Below are positions 49,970-59,958 of a stretch of DNA of 64,000 nt, in pieces. A program made the position numbers and the translations under genes. Each line of letters begins with the position of its first letter. The stretch's first letter is position 1. Origin of the DNA: Candidatus Poriferihabitaceae bacterium (GTDB lineage Bacteria > Pseudomonadota > Gammaproteobacteria > Arenicellales > Poriferihabitantaceae); NCBI GenBank assembly GCA_965221795.1, contig OZ244914.1, forward strand, positions 2,112,974-2,176,973, read 5' to 3'. The notes beneath the pieces were generated by a model. The model was given only the letters and a program-made list of their open reading frames with translations, made no database searches and was not told the origin of the DNA.

Positions 49970-50143
49970 TGGGCGGGTACCGATATTGGAAACCCACATA
50001 TTATATCGTATCGGTATCACCCCGTTTGCGAATCGAGCCGACTCTGGGCCAGTGTTCCTGCAAATGAGAGGTACGACTGACTACACTGTGGAAGCATATG
50101 CGATCATGGCAAGAGTGGCTGGCCATCGCGGCATATTCCTCAA

Positions 50144-51334
50144 TCACCTTGACTTGGATTGATCAGACAGCGATTCGGTATTCCGCTGTTCCTGTAAGAT
50201 CCAGGAAATCGCGGATCCGAAAGCCAGCCCCCAGAATGGTGCCCCGATATGAAGCAACGTGATGTCCGATATGGTTACCAGCAGAGTTACCAAAGCACCG
50301 GCAGTGAATCGGTGTGCAAATGCGGCGACGAATGCATCTTGCAGTACCCGCATCACCGCAAGGCCGCCAAGCACGGCGATAAAGGCCTCGGGTAGCTTCA
50401 GGGCAAGCCAGGTCATCAGTGTTCCGCATAGACCGAAAAAGAAGGCAAGCACGCTATAGGTAATACCGCCGATAAACTGGCGTGACGGATGTCCAGTGGA
50501 TGACAGGATTGCGTTCGATGGTCCAGTGACGCACATGGAGACCGCTCCAATGATCGCCAGAACCAGGGATCCGAAACCACAAGCAGTGGTCATGGCGCTG
50601 ATGGGTGGATGATGCCCGGCATGAGACAGGACAGCAAACCCTTGTGCGTTCTGTACCAGCAGTACAGTGACGGTCAGGGGAATGACCAGTTCCAGCATGG
50701 CAGGCAGGGAGAAGGTGGGCATGAACAGTACGGGACGGGTAAAGATTCCCGGCAAGGGGCCGGTATCCTGCAGGGTATCGGTCAAGAGGACGATCAGGAT
50801 GCCGGCGACTAGGGTGACCAGGATAGGTGGTGCCAGGCGTTGTAGTGAGGGGATCGCCAGGGTCAGGACAAAAATGCCGACCATCACTCCAGAAAGCAGG
50901 GGATGGTCCGTGAAAGCCCCGATCAATCCAAGACCAAAATCCAGAAAAATTCCTGCCACCATAGCCATTACGATGGGCGGGGGCAGGATGGCCATGATGT
51001 TCTTAGCCATGTGAGTGAAGCCCATCACAAGAATCAGCACCGCAGTGACCAGATAGGCTCCCACCGCTTCGGAAAAGGTCATCTGGTTAAGTGAGGTCAA
51101 TAGCAGAATGGTGCCCGGGATGGTCCACGCAAACACCAGCGGTTGACGGTATCGTACTGTAAACCAAAGGGATACCAGGCCAGCGACCGTAAAGCCGCCG
51201 AACAGCCAGGAGGCCACATGTGCATCGCTGAGCCCTGTAGTGGCTGCCACCGAGAGAATGATGGCGACTGGTCCCGTGCAGGAAAACAGGAACGCCGAGA
51301 TACCATTGGCGATGTAGATCGTGGGGGATAACAT
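50144..51334 (-). CDS. BenE-family benzoate/H+ symporter-like transporter
   Basis: SW.FG, QPL..AW.IPG, AM.AG, VQNAQG.AVL..AG..PP, GAPFWGL. Confidence 0.82.
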   Translation of the reverse strand: MLSPTIYIANGISAFLFSCTGPVAIILSVAATTGLSDAHVASWLFGGFTVAGLVSLWFTVRYRQPLVFAWTIPGTILLLTSLNQMTFSEAVGAYLVTAVLILVMGFTHMAKNIMAILPPPIVMAMVAGIFLDFGLGLIGAFTDHPLLSGVMVGIFVLTLAIPSLQRLAPPILVTLVAGILIVLLTDTLQDTGPLPGIFTRPVLFMPTFSLPAMLELVIPLTVTVLLVQNAQGFAVLSHAGHHPPISAMTTACGFGSLVLAIIGAVSMCVTGPSNAILSSTGHPSRQFIGGITYSVLAFFFGLCGTLMTWLALKLPEAFIAVLGGLAVMRVLQDAFVAAFAHRFTAGALVTLLVTISDITLLHIGAPFWGLAFGSAISWILQEQRNTESLSDQSKSR

Positions 51335-51660
51335 TATCAGCAGGGGGGGAATGCAGACCGAAAAATACAGGGAGCCTGGAGCGGTGCGGAGCCACTGAAT
51401 CGCGGTTTTGCGATGCGAAAAGCGATCACTTCAAGGGTTTCTGGTACCATGAAATACTCAGAACCTGAAACTCTACCTGAAAATAGACGCAGTCCCCTTC
51501 GGGGTTCTGATTTTTTGGAACCGGCGCAGCCCAGCAGGCAGGTCCTAACCGTCCAGGCGTGGGTCATGCTCTTGCGGCAGTTGGGCCCGGATGCCGACGG
51601 TCGTGCCGTTCGGCTTGCAAAGGGCTTCTCCCGGAATGTGCTTTAGGATGGGATTAGACC

Positions 51661-52845
51661 TCAGAAGGCCAGAAGGGATTCCTCATAGGGGTAGTGAGAA
51701 ATCACCTCGGTTCCCCGGTCAGTAACCAGGACTACCTGTTCCAACTTCACCCCTTCTCCTCCTTTGTCTGAGCCTGTAAAGCTCTCGACACAGAAGATCA
51801 TTCCCGGTTCAATCACACCATTATATTGTCTGTGTCGGTCCTCGGGATAGTATAGCTTGGGATACTCGTCCGACATGCCGATGCCATGGGCAAACAGTGG
51901 GTATCGGTGGGCAATGAACTCCTGCCGCCGAGCATAGATCCGCTCTCCATATTCGTGCAGGGTTCGTCCGGCTTGCAACTCTTCCGTGTTGTATTGCACT
52001 TCTTCCCAAGCATGACGATAAAGATCACGTTGGGCAGCAGTAGGCCTGGTTTCTCCACAAAGCCAAGTTCGGGATATGTCGGCACAATATCCGAAAGGTC
52101 CGATCATATCGGTATCAAACGCGACCAACTCCCCAGCTTGGATGATGCGGTCATTGGCTTCCTGCATCCAGGGGTTGGTACGTGGCCCGGAGGCCAGCAT
52201 CCGTCCTTCCATCCATTCACCATCATAGGCAATATTGGTTTGATGGAGAATCGACCAAAGCTGGTTTTCAGTCATGCCGGGAACGAGGGCTTCTTGCATC
52301 GCTGCCATACCATGTTCTGCGACGGCAATGGAGTAGCGCATACAGGCAATTTCTTCCTCGGACTTTATGGTCCGGGCCTGTTCCATCAAGGATTCTCCAC
52401 TCACCAAGTGCAGTCGGAGTGATTTCAGTGCGCCAAAGAAATCAGCGGGCAGGCTTTCCACTGCCACTTTGGAGTGATCGCCTTTCTCACCGATTTCGGC
52501 CAAGAATCCTGCGACAGCGCGCGCAAACTGCTTCGCCGACTTTTCCAGATTGAATCCGAGGTCGAAGGGATGAAGCGGGATCCCCAGGCGGTATTCATCC
52601 ACGAGATCATAGTGCTGATGAGAGCTTCCATAGAGGACTACCGGGCCCTCGGCAGGGAGGAAGAGAGCGCATTTTGGGATATGGGATTGAAATAGGGCAT
52701 ATTCGCGAAAATCAATCGCATAGCGTAAGCTGATGGGCTGAAGCAACACCATCAGGGGAGTATCGGTTTTTACCAGCATTTGCCGGATACGTGCAAGTCG
52801 ATACTGTCGTAACGCAGACAGGTCGATCGGGGGTGGTGTCAACAT
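51661..52845 (-). CDS. M24 metallopeptidase-fold protein, DddP (DMSP lyase)-like
   Basis: LASGPRTNPW.QE, FDTDMIG, DISR, RY...HGIG.SDEYP, CVES, KLE metal-ligand pattern. Confidence 0.75.
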   Translation of the reverse strand: MLTPPPIDLSALRQYRLARIRQMLVKTDTPLMVLLQPISLRYAIDFREYALFQSHIPKCALFLPAEGPVVLYGSSHQHYDLVDEYRLGIPLHPFDLGFNLEKSAKQFARAVAGFLAEIGEKGDHSKVAVESLPADFFGALKSLRLHLVSGESLMEQARTIKSEEEIACMRYSIAVAEHGMAAMQEALVPGMTENQLWSILHQTNIAYDGEWMEGRMLASGPRTNPWMQEANDRIIQAGELVAFDTDMIGPFGYCADISRTWLCGETRPTAAQRDLYRHAWEEVQYNTEELQAGRTLHEYGERIYARRQEFIAHRYPLFAHGIGMSDEYPKLYYPEDRHRQYNGVIEPGMIFCVESFTGSDKGGEGVKLEQVVLVTDRGTEVISHYPYEESLLAF

Positions 52846-53185
52846 GGGGTATGCAAGCTTCCATCAGATCGTACGCAATGATATTCCCGGATGGATGTTG
52901 TGCAAACTATCCAGGGAAGAATGGACTATTCCTTGTCGCAAAGCGCACTCAGACCTTCGGTTAGTTCCGGCCTTCATGGTCGTTGGATTCTGCTGGCAGC
53001 TACCGGAATCGTCTGTCCCGGATCATCTCTTGGCGAAGCACTCTGCGGCTGCTGGCGAGAGATCGAAGCTCTTTTGGGTATGCAATCCATGCTCCGCACA
53101 TCCCAGATGGGATGTTCTCCCGAAAGGGTGCCTGCTGGGCGTTGGTGCCGGGGTCGGCCCCAGCCCCAGCTTCTGCCATACCACG

Positions 53186-53950
53186 CTATCCGGCCCGAAC
53201 CGCAATTCCCTGTTCCTCCAGGACCTGTCGGATTCGTGCAGCCATGCGAACTGCGGACGGATGGTCTCCATGGACACATACCGACTCAGGCTGCACGTTG
53301 AAGATTGAGCCATCGCGGGCTGTAATGGCCTGCTCCTCAATGATTTTCAGGACTCGTTCAGCGGCTCTGCCGGCATCATTGATGACGGCCCCCTCTTCAT
53401 GGCGGGATACCAGTGTGCCATCTGCATGGTACTCGCGGTCGGCAAATACCTCCCGGATCACTGGGCCGGTTCCATCGGCCGCCTTTTCCAGATGGGTGGA
53501 CGCCTGAGCCAGAATGGGGATCTCGGGGGCGACTTGACGAATCGCCTGTACACAGATATCGGCGAGGGCCCGGTTTTCGCAAGTCATATTGGAAAGGGCA
53601 CCATGCAACTTGATATGACAACACGGAACCCCTTGGGCCTTGGCCAGACCCATAAAGGCACCGATCTGGTAGATCAGATCGGCTTGCAGGGCAGGCAAAT
53701 CCGTTACCGGTAGACGCCGGCGACCAAATCCCCGAAGGTCGGCGAATCCCGGATGAGCACCGGCCGCGACTCCCTTATCCCGACACCGTTCCAAAGTTGT
53801 GCACATTTCGGATGGGCCGCCGGCATGAAACCCGCAGGCAATATTGGCACTGGAGACAATGTCCAGCATGGCCTCATCATCGCCCATTTTCCAAGGCCCA
53901 TAGGATTCACCGAGATCGGCATTGAGATCAATGGTCAACTGTTGGTTCAT
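53186..53950 (-). CDS. pxpA: 5-oxoprolinase subunit A (LamB/YcsF)
   Basis: IDLNADLGESYG, SANIACGFHAG, GAHPG..D..GFGRR, HIKLHGAL, CVHGD. Confidence 0.93.
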   Translation of the reverse strand: MNQQLTIDLNADLGESYGPWKMGDDEAMLDIVSSANIACGFHAGGPSEMCTTLERCRDKGVAAGAHPGFADLRGFGRRRLPVTDLPALQADLIYQIGAFMGLAKAQGVPCCHIKLHGALSNMTCENRALADICVQAIRQVAPEIPILAQASTHLEKAADGTGPVIREVFADREYHADGTLVSRHEEGAVINDAGRAAERVLKIIEEQAITARDGSIFNVQPESVCVHGDHPSAVRMAARIRQVLEEQGIAVRAG

Positions 53951-54082
53951 GGCAAATCGAATAAAGGGGGAGTCATGTTTTTCGGACGATCCAAAGACCG
54001 GGTCCTCATGTACCGCCACCGTGTCACCACCGCCCGGTCGGCAGATTCCAGTGACCATCCGGTGCGAAGCCGCGGGTCCGAA

Positions 54083-55123
54083 TCAGGGATCGTATGCGGA
54101 AATGGCTCCACTGATCAAATTGTAATCCATCAAGTCGTGGGCCTGTGGGGGTGAACGAGTCAAGGGGGTTTTCCGTCCGGTTAGGGCCTGCAATTCATTT
54201 TGCCAGCTCTTGAGTGCCTCGATGGCTTCGTTCTGAGTGACCAGTGAAAACCGAAAAGGGGCCCCGGTCGGCAGTTGTGCCACAGTCGAAAGGTCTGCGG
54301 AAATCACGCTGGCGATACGGGGATATCCTCCAGTAGGTTGGTGCTCCCGCATCAGAATGACTGGAGACCCGTCACCGGTCACCTGAATGTCCCCGAGCAT
54401 CACCGGATCGGACAATCCGGTGAGGAGAGAATCGAAGGGTTCGTGGTTGCTGAGGTGCAGTTGCATGGCCATCCGGTCCCGTCGGGGGGAAACCGCAAAG
54501 GATTCGGACAGCAGCCGCTGGCGTGTCCGTTGGCTGAAGCGCTCGGCATGGGGTCCCCAGACGATCCGTATGATTCTGTGCGTGAGGTATGCCGGTGCGG
54601 GCAATATGCAGGAGGTGGTCTCGGCACTGGCTGCATACCCGATCGGTAACTCTGCAGGGGGCTGGAGTGGTTTGCCATCCAACCCTCCGACACCGGCACG
54701 CAAATGTGTACTACGTGCGCCAATTTCTACTGTGGTATCTAAGCCACCGGCAAGGTGCAGATAGCCATAGGTTCCGCTACAGGGCTGGCCTGTCAGTACC
54801 GAACCGAGGTCGAGGGATTGGCCGGGCTGCAGACGGAAGCTGGAGTGCCACGGAATGCAGATGCCATCCAGACGAGCCTGCATGGGGGCTCCAGTCAGGG
54901 CACATTGGCAGGCATCATTCCGGATGCGGAATTGCCCGCCATATCCAGCCATTTCCAGTGCCGCGGTTCCCGGCGGATTCCCGAGGAGGAGTTCGCCTTC
55001 CCGCATGGCCCAGGGATCCATGGCGCCGCCTGCAGAGAGGCCAAAGCGAGCATAGCCGGGTCTCCCGGCATCCTGTATGGTGACTGCTGGTCCGGCCGAC
55101 AGGACTTCAAGGATGGCATTCAC
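54083..55123 (-). CDS. pxpC: 5-oxoprolinase subunit C (AHS2)
   Basis: IQDAGRPG...G...GGAMD, G.YGYL..AGG, G.IQVT.DG.P..L..E.Q.TGGYP.IA. Confidence 0.9.
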   Translation of the reverse strand: MNAILEVLSAGPAVTIQDAGRPGYARFGLSAGGAMDPWAMREGELLLGNPPGTAALEMAGYGGQFRIRNDACQCALTGAPMQARLDGICIPWHSSFRLQPGQSLDLGSVLTGQPCSGTYGYLHLAGGLDTTVEIGARSTHLRAGVGGLDGKPLQPPAELPIGYAASAETTSCILPAPAYLTHRIIRIVWGPHAERFSQRTRQRLLSESFAVSPRRDRMAMQLHLSNHEPFDSLLTGLSDPVMLGDIQVTGDGSPVILMREHQPTGGYPRIASVISADLSTVAQLPTGAPFRFSLVTQNEAIEALKSWQNELQALTGRKTPLTRSPPQAHDLMDYNLISGAISAYDP

Positions 55124-55862
55124 GACAGGGCTGGGGGGTTACGATTCTTTCTCCGGCCGCCACTAACGCAGACAACTCGGCGAAACGCTCTGCATGGATG
55201 GGCGTGAAACGGACTTCGTCGCCTGGGGCCAGAAAAAAATAAGGTGGCTGGGTGCGGGAAAAAGTCAGAAACGGGGTGCGTCCAATGGTTTGCCATCCGG
55301 TAGGAATGGGGGTGGCGAACAGTACGGATTGACGTACTGCAACCGAGATCGAACCCGCTGGCACTTTCGGTTTGACATGATTCAGCCGTGGCAGGTTCCA
55401 TCGCTCGGGCAATGTTCCCAGATAGGCACATCCCGGGGCAAATCCCAGCATCAGCACGCGCAAGGTCAGGGTGCTGTGCTCTTGGATGACCGAGTCTACA
55501 TCACACCCCAGGGCTTTGGCCACGCACTCGATATCGGGCCCGGACTCTCCGCCATAATGCACCGGCAATTGCCACAGCCGGCGGCTGGCGACCGGTTCGG
55601 CAGCCAGCCAGTCACGACTCACCAGAAGCGCTGTAACTCGTTCCCGTATTTCGGCAGCGGATATCTGGAGAGGATGGTAGCGGATCAGGGTTCCGCGAAT
55701 TGCTGGAATGACTTCTTGCACCCCCTCCCATTGTTGTGCGTTTACGGCATGGCTGAAGACATGCGAGGCATTGTTGATGTCTGTTTTCAGGGAATTGCCG
55801 AACCACACCATCAGCCCACAGTCACTGACATCCGATATCCGGGGAAAGGTCAAGTCAGACAT
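55107..55862 (-). CDS. pxpB: 5-oxoprolinase subunit B (AHS1)
   Basis: PVHYGGE.GPD, GFAPGCAYLG, VPAGSI, TGWQTIGRT, PGDEVRF. Confidence 0.9.
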   Translation of the reverse strand: MSDLTFPRISDVSDCGLMVWFGNSLKTDINNASHVFSHAVNAQQWEGVQEVIPAIRGTLIRYHPLQISAAEIRERVTALLVSRDWLAAEPVASRRLWQLPVHYGGESGPDIECVAKALGCDVDSVIQEHSTLTLRVLMLGFAPGCAYLGTLPERWNLPRLNHVKPKVPAGSISVAVRQSVLFATPIPTGWQTIGRTPFLTFSRTQPPYFFLAPGDEVRFTPIHAERFAELSALVAAGERIVTPQPCRECHP

Positions 55863-55918
55863 GGTGTGATGATGCCTGGGATGGTCGGTAGACAGGGCGG
55901 CAGAATACGATGCTCCGG

Positions 55919-56590
55919 TTACTGGATGCCAGCTCCTTCCGCTTCCAGCCGAAGCCAGTCCACCAGCGAACTGCCATAGGAGATCATGGCATGTTTGCGA
56001 TAGGCTGGGCGGTCACACAAGCGGCGGTACCAGGTTTGCAGTGCCGGCAGCGAGGGACGCTTGATGGGCAGGGTGATATACCGGTGAAACAGAACACCGA
56101 GTGGAATGTCTGCCATGGAAAACCCGTCGTTGCCCAGCCAGTCATGTGCCGAAAGTCGGGCTTCCGGAATGGCCAGTACGGCACCGGTGGCCTGCACTGC
56201 GAGGGCAATGGCATCATGGTCCTGGGTCTCGGGTGGAGTGCGGACCAGTCCCCAAAAAACCGGCATGAAAGCCGGGTAGAACGTGGATTTGGTCCAATCC
56301 ATCCATTGTTCTGCCACTGCCCTCGCATAGGGGGCTTCCGGACACAGAACGCCCATGCCGTAGACCTGGGCAAGATACCGTACGATGGCATTGGACTCCC
56401 ACAGAGCCTTGCCATCATCCTCCAGTACTGGTATCAGGCCATTCGGGTTCAGTCGACGGAAGGTGGCGTGGTCATTGCCGCCAAAAGAGCCGCCGATGTC
56501 ATGTCGCGTATACGGGAGTCCGAGTTCGCCGACCGTCCACATGACACTCATCACGTTGCTTGAATTGCGCCTGCCCCAGATTTCAACCAT
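55919..56590 (-). CDS. Glutathione S-transferase (GstB-like)
   Basis: IWGRRNSSNV, NPNGLIPV, LWESNAIVRYL, QWMDW, FSMADI. Confidence 0.9.
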   Translation of the reverse strand: MVEIWGRRNSSNVMSVMWTVGELGLPYTRHDIGGSFGGNDHATFRRLNPNGLIPVLEDDGKALWESNAIVRYLAQVYGMGVLCPEAPYARAVAEQWMDWTKSTFYPAFMPVFWGLVRTPPETQDHDAIALAVQATGAVLAIPEARLSAHDWLGNDGFSMADIPLGVLFHRYITLPIKRPSLPALQTWYRRLCDRPAYRKHAMISYGSSLVDWLRLEAEGAGIQ

Positions 56591-56839
56591 GATGATTTCC
56601 GCACAGAGAAGAAGGGGGAGGGGAGATTGTACGCGGTGTCGGTGGAGCCGTAAATGGGAACAAATGGGGTCTGGAACTGGCAAAATCGGAAATTCGCATG
56701 CCGAGATTGAGATAAATTAAATAATTTTTTCTAAATAAACTATTTTATATAAATTTTATACCTTTATTCGTCGATTGATTTCGATTTTATAAAATATTAT
56801 TCTTCAATTTGCTTTTCGATTTCACACCGGTTCCGCCCA

Positions 56840-57700
56840 ATGTTCTCCGCCATCGATACCATCCAGGTCGAGCAAGTACGCCCTCCGCTTCCATTCCCGA
56901 AATTTGTCATCCGGGCTGATGAGTTGCAGGCCGCACGGACGGATCCATCGGTTCGGGTCGTGGACCTGCGTCCGGTGGCGCACATCACAGAGGGCTGCAT
57001 TCCTGGCTCGGTTCATCTTGATTATGAACGTCTGATTCGGCGCTGCGGTCCGGTCGAGGGATTGATGCCGAATCCGGAAGAGGTGGCCGATTTGCTGTCT
57101 TCGTTGGGGATTGCACCATGGCACCGGGTCGTGGCGTATGACGATGAAACCGGCGTGGAAGCCGCGCGGCTGTTGTGGACTCTAGCAGTAGTCGGGCACA
57201 GTCATTATGCCATGCTGGATGGAGGATTTGCGGCTTGGCAAGCGGCCCGGTTTCCGACCGAAAACCAGCCGGAGCTTCCACTCCGGTCAGACTACCCGGT
57301 GCTGCCCTATAACGAAGCAGTTGCCACCAAAGCACAGGTCTTGGGCGCATTGGGCCGCCCTGACATTGCGATCGTGGATACGCGCAGCGAAGCCGAATAC
57401 ACCGGTGAGGAAGCCCGCGCCCAACGGGGTGGACGGATTCCGGGGGCAGTCCATTTCAATTGGATGTCGGCGGTGGATCTGATGGGAAATGGCGAACTCC
57501 TATCCCCCTCCACGCTGATGGAGAAGCTGGCCCGACTCGATGTATTGCCCGAAAAGGAAGTGATTACGTACTGCCAGTCGAATCGACGTTGTGCCCACAC
57601 TTTTGTGGTGTTGAAATGGCTGGGCTTTGACCGAGTTCGGTCCTATGCCGGCTCTTGGTCCGAGTGGGGTAATGCAAGCGATACTCCGATCGAGAACTGA
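56840..57700 (+). CDS. Tandem-rhodanese sulfurtransferase (SseA-like)
   Basis: GCIPGSV, YDD, LDGG..AW, GRIPGA, active loop YCQSNRR, Y.GSWSEWG. Confidence 0.9.
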   Translation: MFSAIDTIQVEQVRPPLPFPKFVIRADELQAARTDPSVRVVDLRPVAHITEGCIPGSVHLDYERLIRRCGPVEGLMPNPEEVADLLSSLGIAPWHRVVAYDDETGVEAARLLWTLAVVGHSHYAMLDGGFAAWQAARFPTENQPELPLRSDYPVLPYNEAVATKAQVLGALGRPDIAIVDTRSEAEYTGEEARAQRGGRIPGAVHFNWMSAVDLMGNGELLSPSTLMEKLARLDVLPEKEVITYCQSNRRCAHTFVVLKWLGFDRVRSYAGSWSEWGNASDTPIEN

Positions 57701-57940
57701 CAGCCATCTGGAATATCTGTGAAGAGGAACACTCCTCGGAAAATCGACCCTGACCAACGCGTAACCACCTCTGGCATTCCCGGCCTTAGCCGGTGGACTC
57801 AACTTCCTTGCGGGAATCGACCGACCTAGGGAATAAAAGGCGCATGACAACGGTCCGGAGGGACTTTATACTCGGGCCTATCGTATATGTCGTGCCGGTA
57901 TGGGATTTTCGAAAGCGATGCACCTCCTGTCAAGTGAAGG

Positions 57941-58381
57941 GTGATGGCCAGCAGGTCGGATATCGACTGGTGGTGCCGGCATACTTGGCGGAGAGCATCG
58001 AAAAATACGGCTTGGTGCCTCCTTGGCTGCTCCATCGGTGATCTGGGCACCATCGCGTTTTTCCAGTACACCGGGATTCCCTGGCCGACGTTGTCGATCA
58101 TGCTGCTTGCCATTGTCAATGGCCTGCTGACTTCCATTCTGCTCGAGACTATCATTCTGGTCCGGCAGATGACCTTGACCATTGCTTTCCGGACGGCGAT
58201 CGGCATGTCTCTGATTTCGATGGTTTCCATGGAAGTAGCAATGAATGCTGTTGACTGGGCCGTGACCGGTGGCGCGGTTTTGACGTGGAAAGTCCTGCCA
58301 CTGATGTTAGCCGCTGGATTCGTGACCCCCCTTCCCTATAACTACTGGCGTCTGAAAGTATTTGGCAAGGGGTGCCACTGA
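57941..58381 (+). CDS. DUF4396-like membrane protein
   Basis: T.WCLLGC.IGD, SM..ME..MN, AGF..PLPYNY..LK..GK.CH. Confidence 0.7.
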   Translation: MMASRSDIDWWCRHTWRRASKNTAWCLLGCSIGDLGTIAFFQYTGIPWPTLSIMLLAIVNGLLTSILLETIILVRQMTLTIAFRTAIGMSLISMVSMEVAMNAVDWAVTGGAVLTWKVLPLMLAAGFVTPLPYNYWRLKVFGKGCH

Positions 58382-58710
58382 GCACTTTCGAAGTCGAATG
58401 CGGGAAGGGTCGGTATCGGAGGCCGCTCCGACCATCCTGGATATGCGATCTGATCCCGCCTATCTGATCCTGTCTCCGGTTGGCACTGCGCGTACTCACG
58501 GGCCGCCGATAGACCCGGGACCAGTAACCATGGGCGTCATTGGCCTTCTTGTTTCGGGGATTCGAGAGACCGCCGCCGGGTCGTGACTAGCCAGAATGTG
58601 GAAGGCAGGAAGATTCTGACTATGGAGTGGGCAAGATCCCGAATTCCTGCTGACCGCGCAATTCTGTTATCCTCTCGCCCCGTTTTTGGCTCCATAGCAT
58701 CCTTCTAAAC

Positions 58711-59640
58711 ATGTCAGTGCATCTGCCTCTGAGCGGTGTCATTGCCCCGGTCGTGACTCCTTTTCGGGATGACCTCGGCTTGGCTCTAGAATTATATCTT
58801 GAGCATGCCCACTGGCTCTTGGCCCAGGGAATGCATTATTTGTCTCCATTCGGTACCACGGGGGAGGCTCTCAGCCTGTCCGTTGCCGAGCGACGGGAAG
58901 CATTGGAAGCACTGGTGGATGGCGGCATCGACCCAGCCCGGCTGATGCCTGGAACCGGTCTTTGCAACGCTCCGGAAACCCTGAAGCTGTGTCGTCATGC
59001 GGTAGAGCTTGGCTGCGCCGGGGTCATGCTGCTCCCTCCGTTTTTTTACCGCAATGCTACGGATGACGGGCTATATGCGTATGTTGACCGGCTGATTCAT
59101 GAGGTCCGTCATCCGGACTTGCGCATCTGCCTTTATCACATCCCACCCATGGCCGGGATCGGGTTTTCACCAGCACTAACCAGGCGTTTGGCGACTGAAT
59201 TTCCGAATGTAGTGGTGGCTTACAAGGACAGCTCCGGCGATTTCGAACATACCCTCAAGATTCGCGAAGCCGCCCCGGTCCTGTCCGTTTTTCCGGGCTC
59301 AGAATGCTTTCTGGTGCCTGCACTGGAAGCCGGCGGCGCAGGCTGTATTTCCGCAACCTGCAACATCAACCCGGCCGCAGTGCGTGCAGTGTACGATTTC
59401 GCAACTGGGGCATGTGGGGGCGACGGTGACCTTGCCGTAGCTAACCATGCCATGGTACAGCTGCGCAGGAAGATCGAAGGGTATAGCCCGATTCCGGCGA
59501 TCAAGGGATTATTGGCCCATGCGTTGGGCGAGTCACGTTGGCGTCATGTTCGTCCGCCTCTGCTACCGGCCTCCATTGCCGACACGGATGGACTGCGGGA
59601 GTTATTGGGGAATATGCTGCCTCCGCTTGACCGGTTGTAG
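58711..59640 (+). CDS. Dihydrodipicolinate synthase-family lyase/aldolase
   Basis: FGTTGE, LPPFFY, LYHIP, Schiff-base KDSSGD; substrate unknown. Confidence 0.88.
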   Translation: MSVHLPLSGVIAPVVTPFRDDLGLALELYLEHAHWLLAQGMHYLSPFGTTGEALSLSVAERREALEALVDGGIDPARLMPGTGLCNAPETLKLCRHAVELGCAGVMLLPPFFYRNATDDGLYAYVDRLIHEVRHPDLRICLYHIPPMAGIGFSPALTRRLATEFPNVVVAYKDSSGDFEHTLKIREAAPVLSVFPGSECFLVPALEAGGAGCISATCNINPAAVRAVYDFATGACGGDGDLAVANHAMVQLRRKIEGYSPIPAIKGLLAHALGESRWRHVRPPLLPASIADTDGLRELLGNMLPPLDRL

Positions 59641-59958
59641 GTGGGTTATGGGGGGTGATCGGCCCACCCTGCTTGCTGCAACCGGGAAGAGTCAGGCGTT
59701 CCCGGATCCTCCCCAAACGGCTTGCCGATGGCGATGCTTGTTCCGGTGGGCCGGCCAGTCATTTGCTATTCGTTCTCAAATAGCACATAATAACTTCAAA
59801 GGTGCTCAGGGTCAAATCGAGCTTCGGGTCGCTGTCGCCATTTTTGTCTGGAGGCAAGGCTGTGAATTCTTCGGATGCTTCCCAATGCTTCGGATTTGGC
59901 CGTACTACCCTAGAGACCCGTTGCATTTTTCTTTGATAGACGACATTGGAGACCGAGT

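Noticed and set aside
51440-51520. Riboswitch-like segment (CCGAAGG...TTTCAGG on the minus strand) upstream of the BenE-like gene
   Set aside because: It lacks the GGAGAG/P1 elements of a glycine aptamer; only a short CCCC-TTC-GGGG hairpin is evident.
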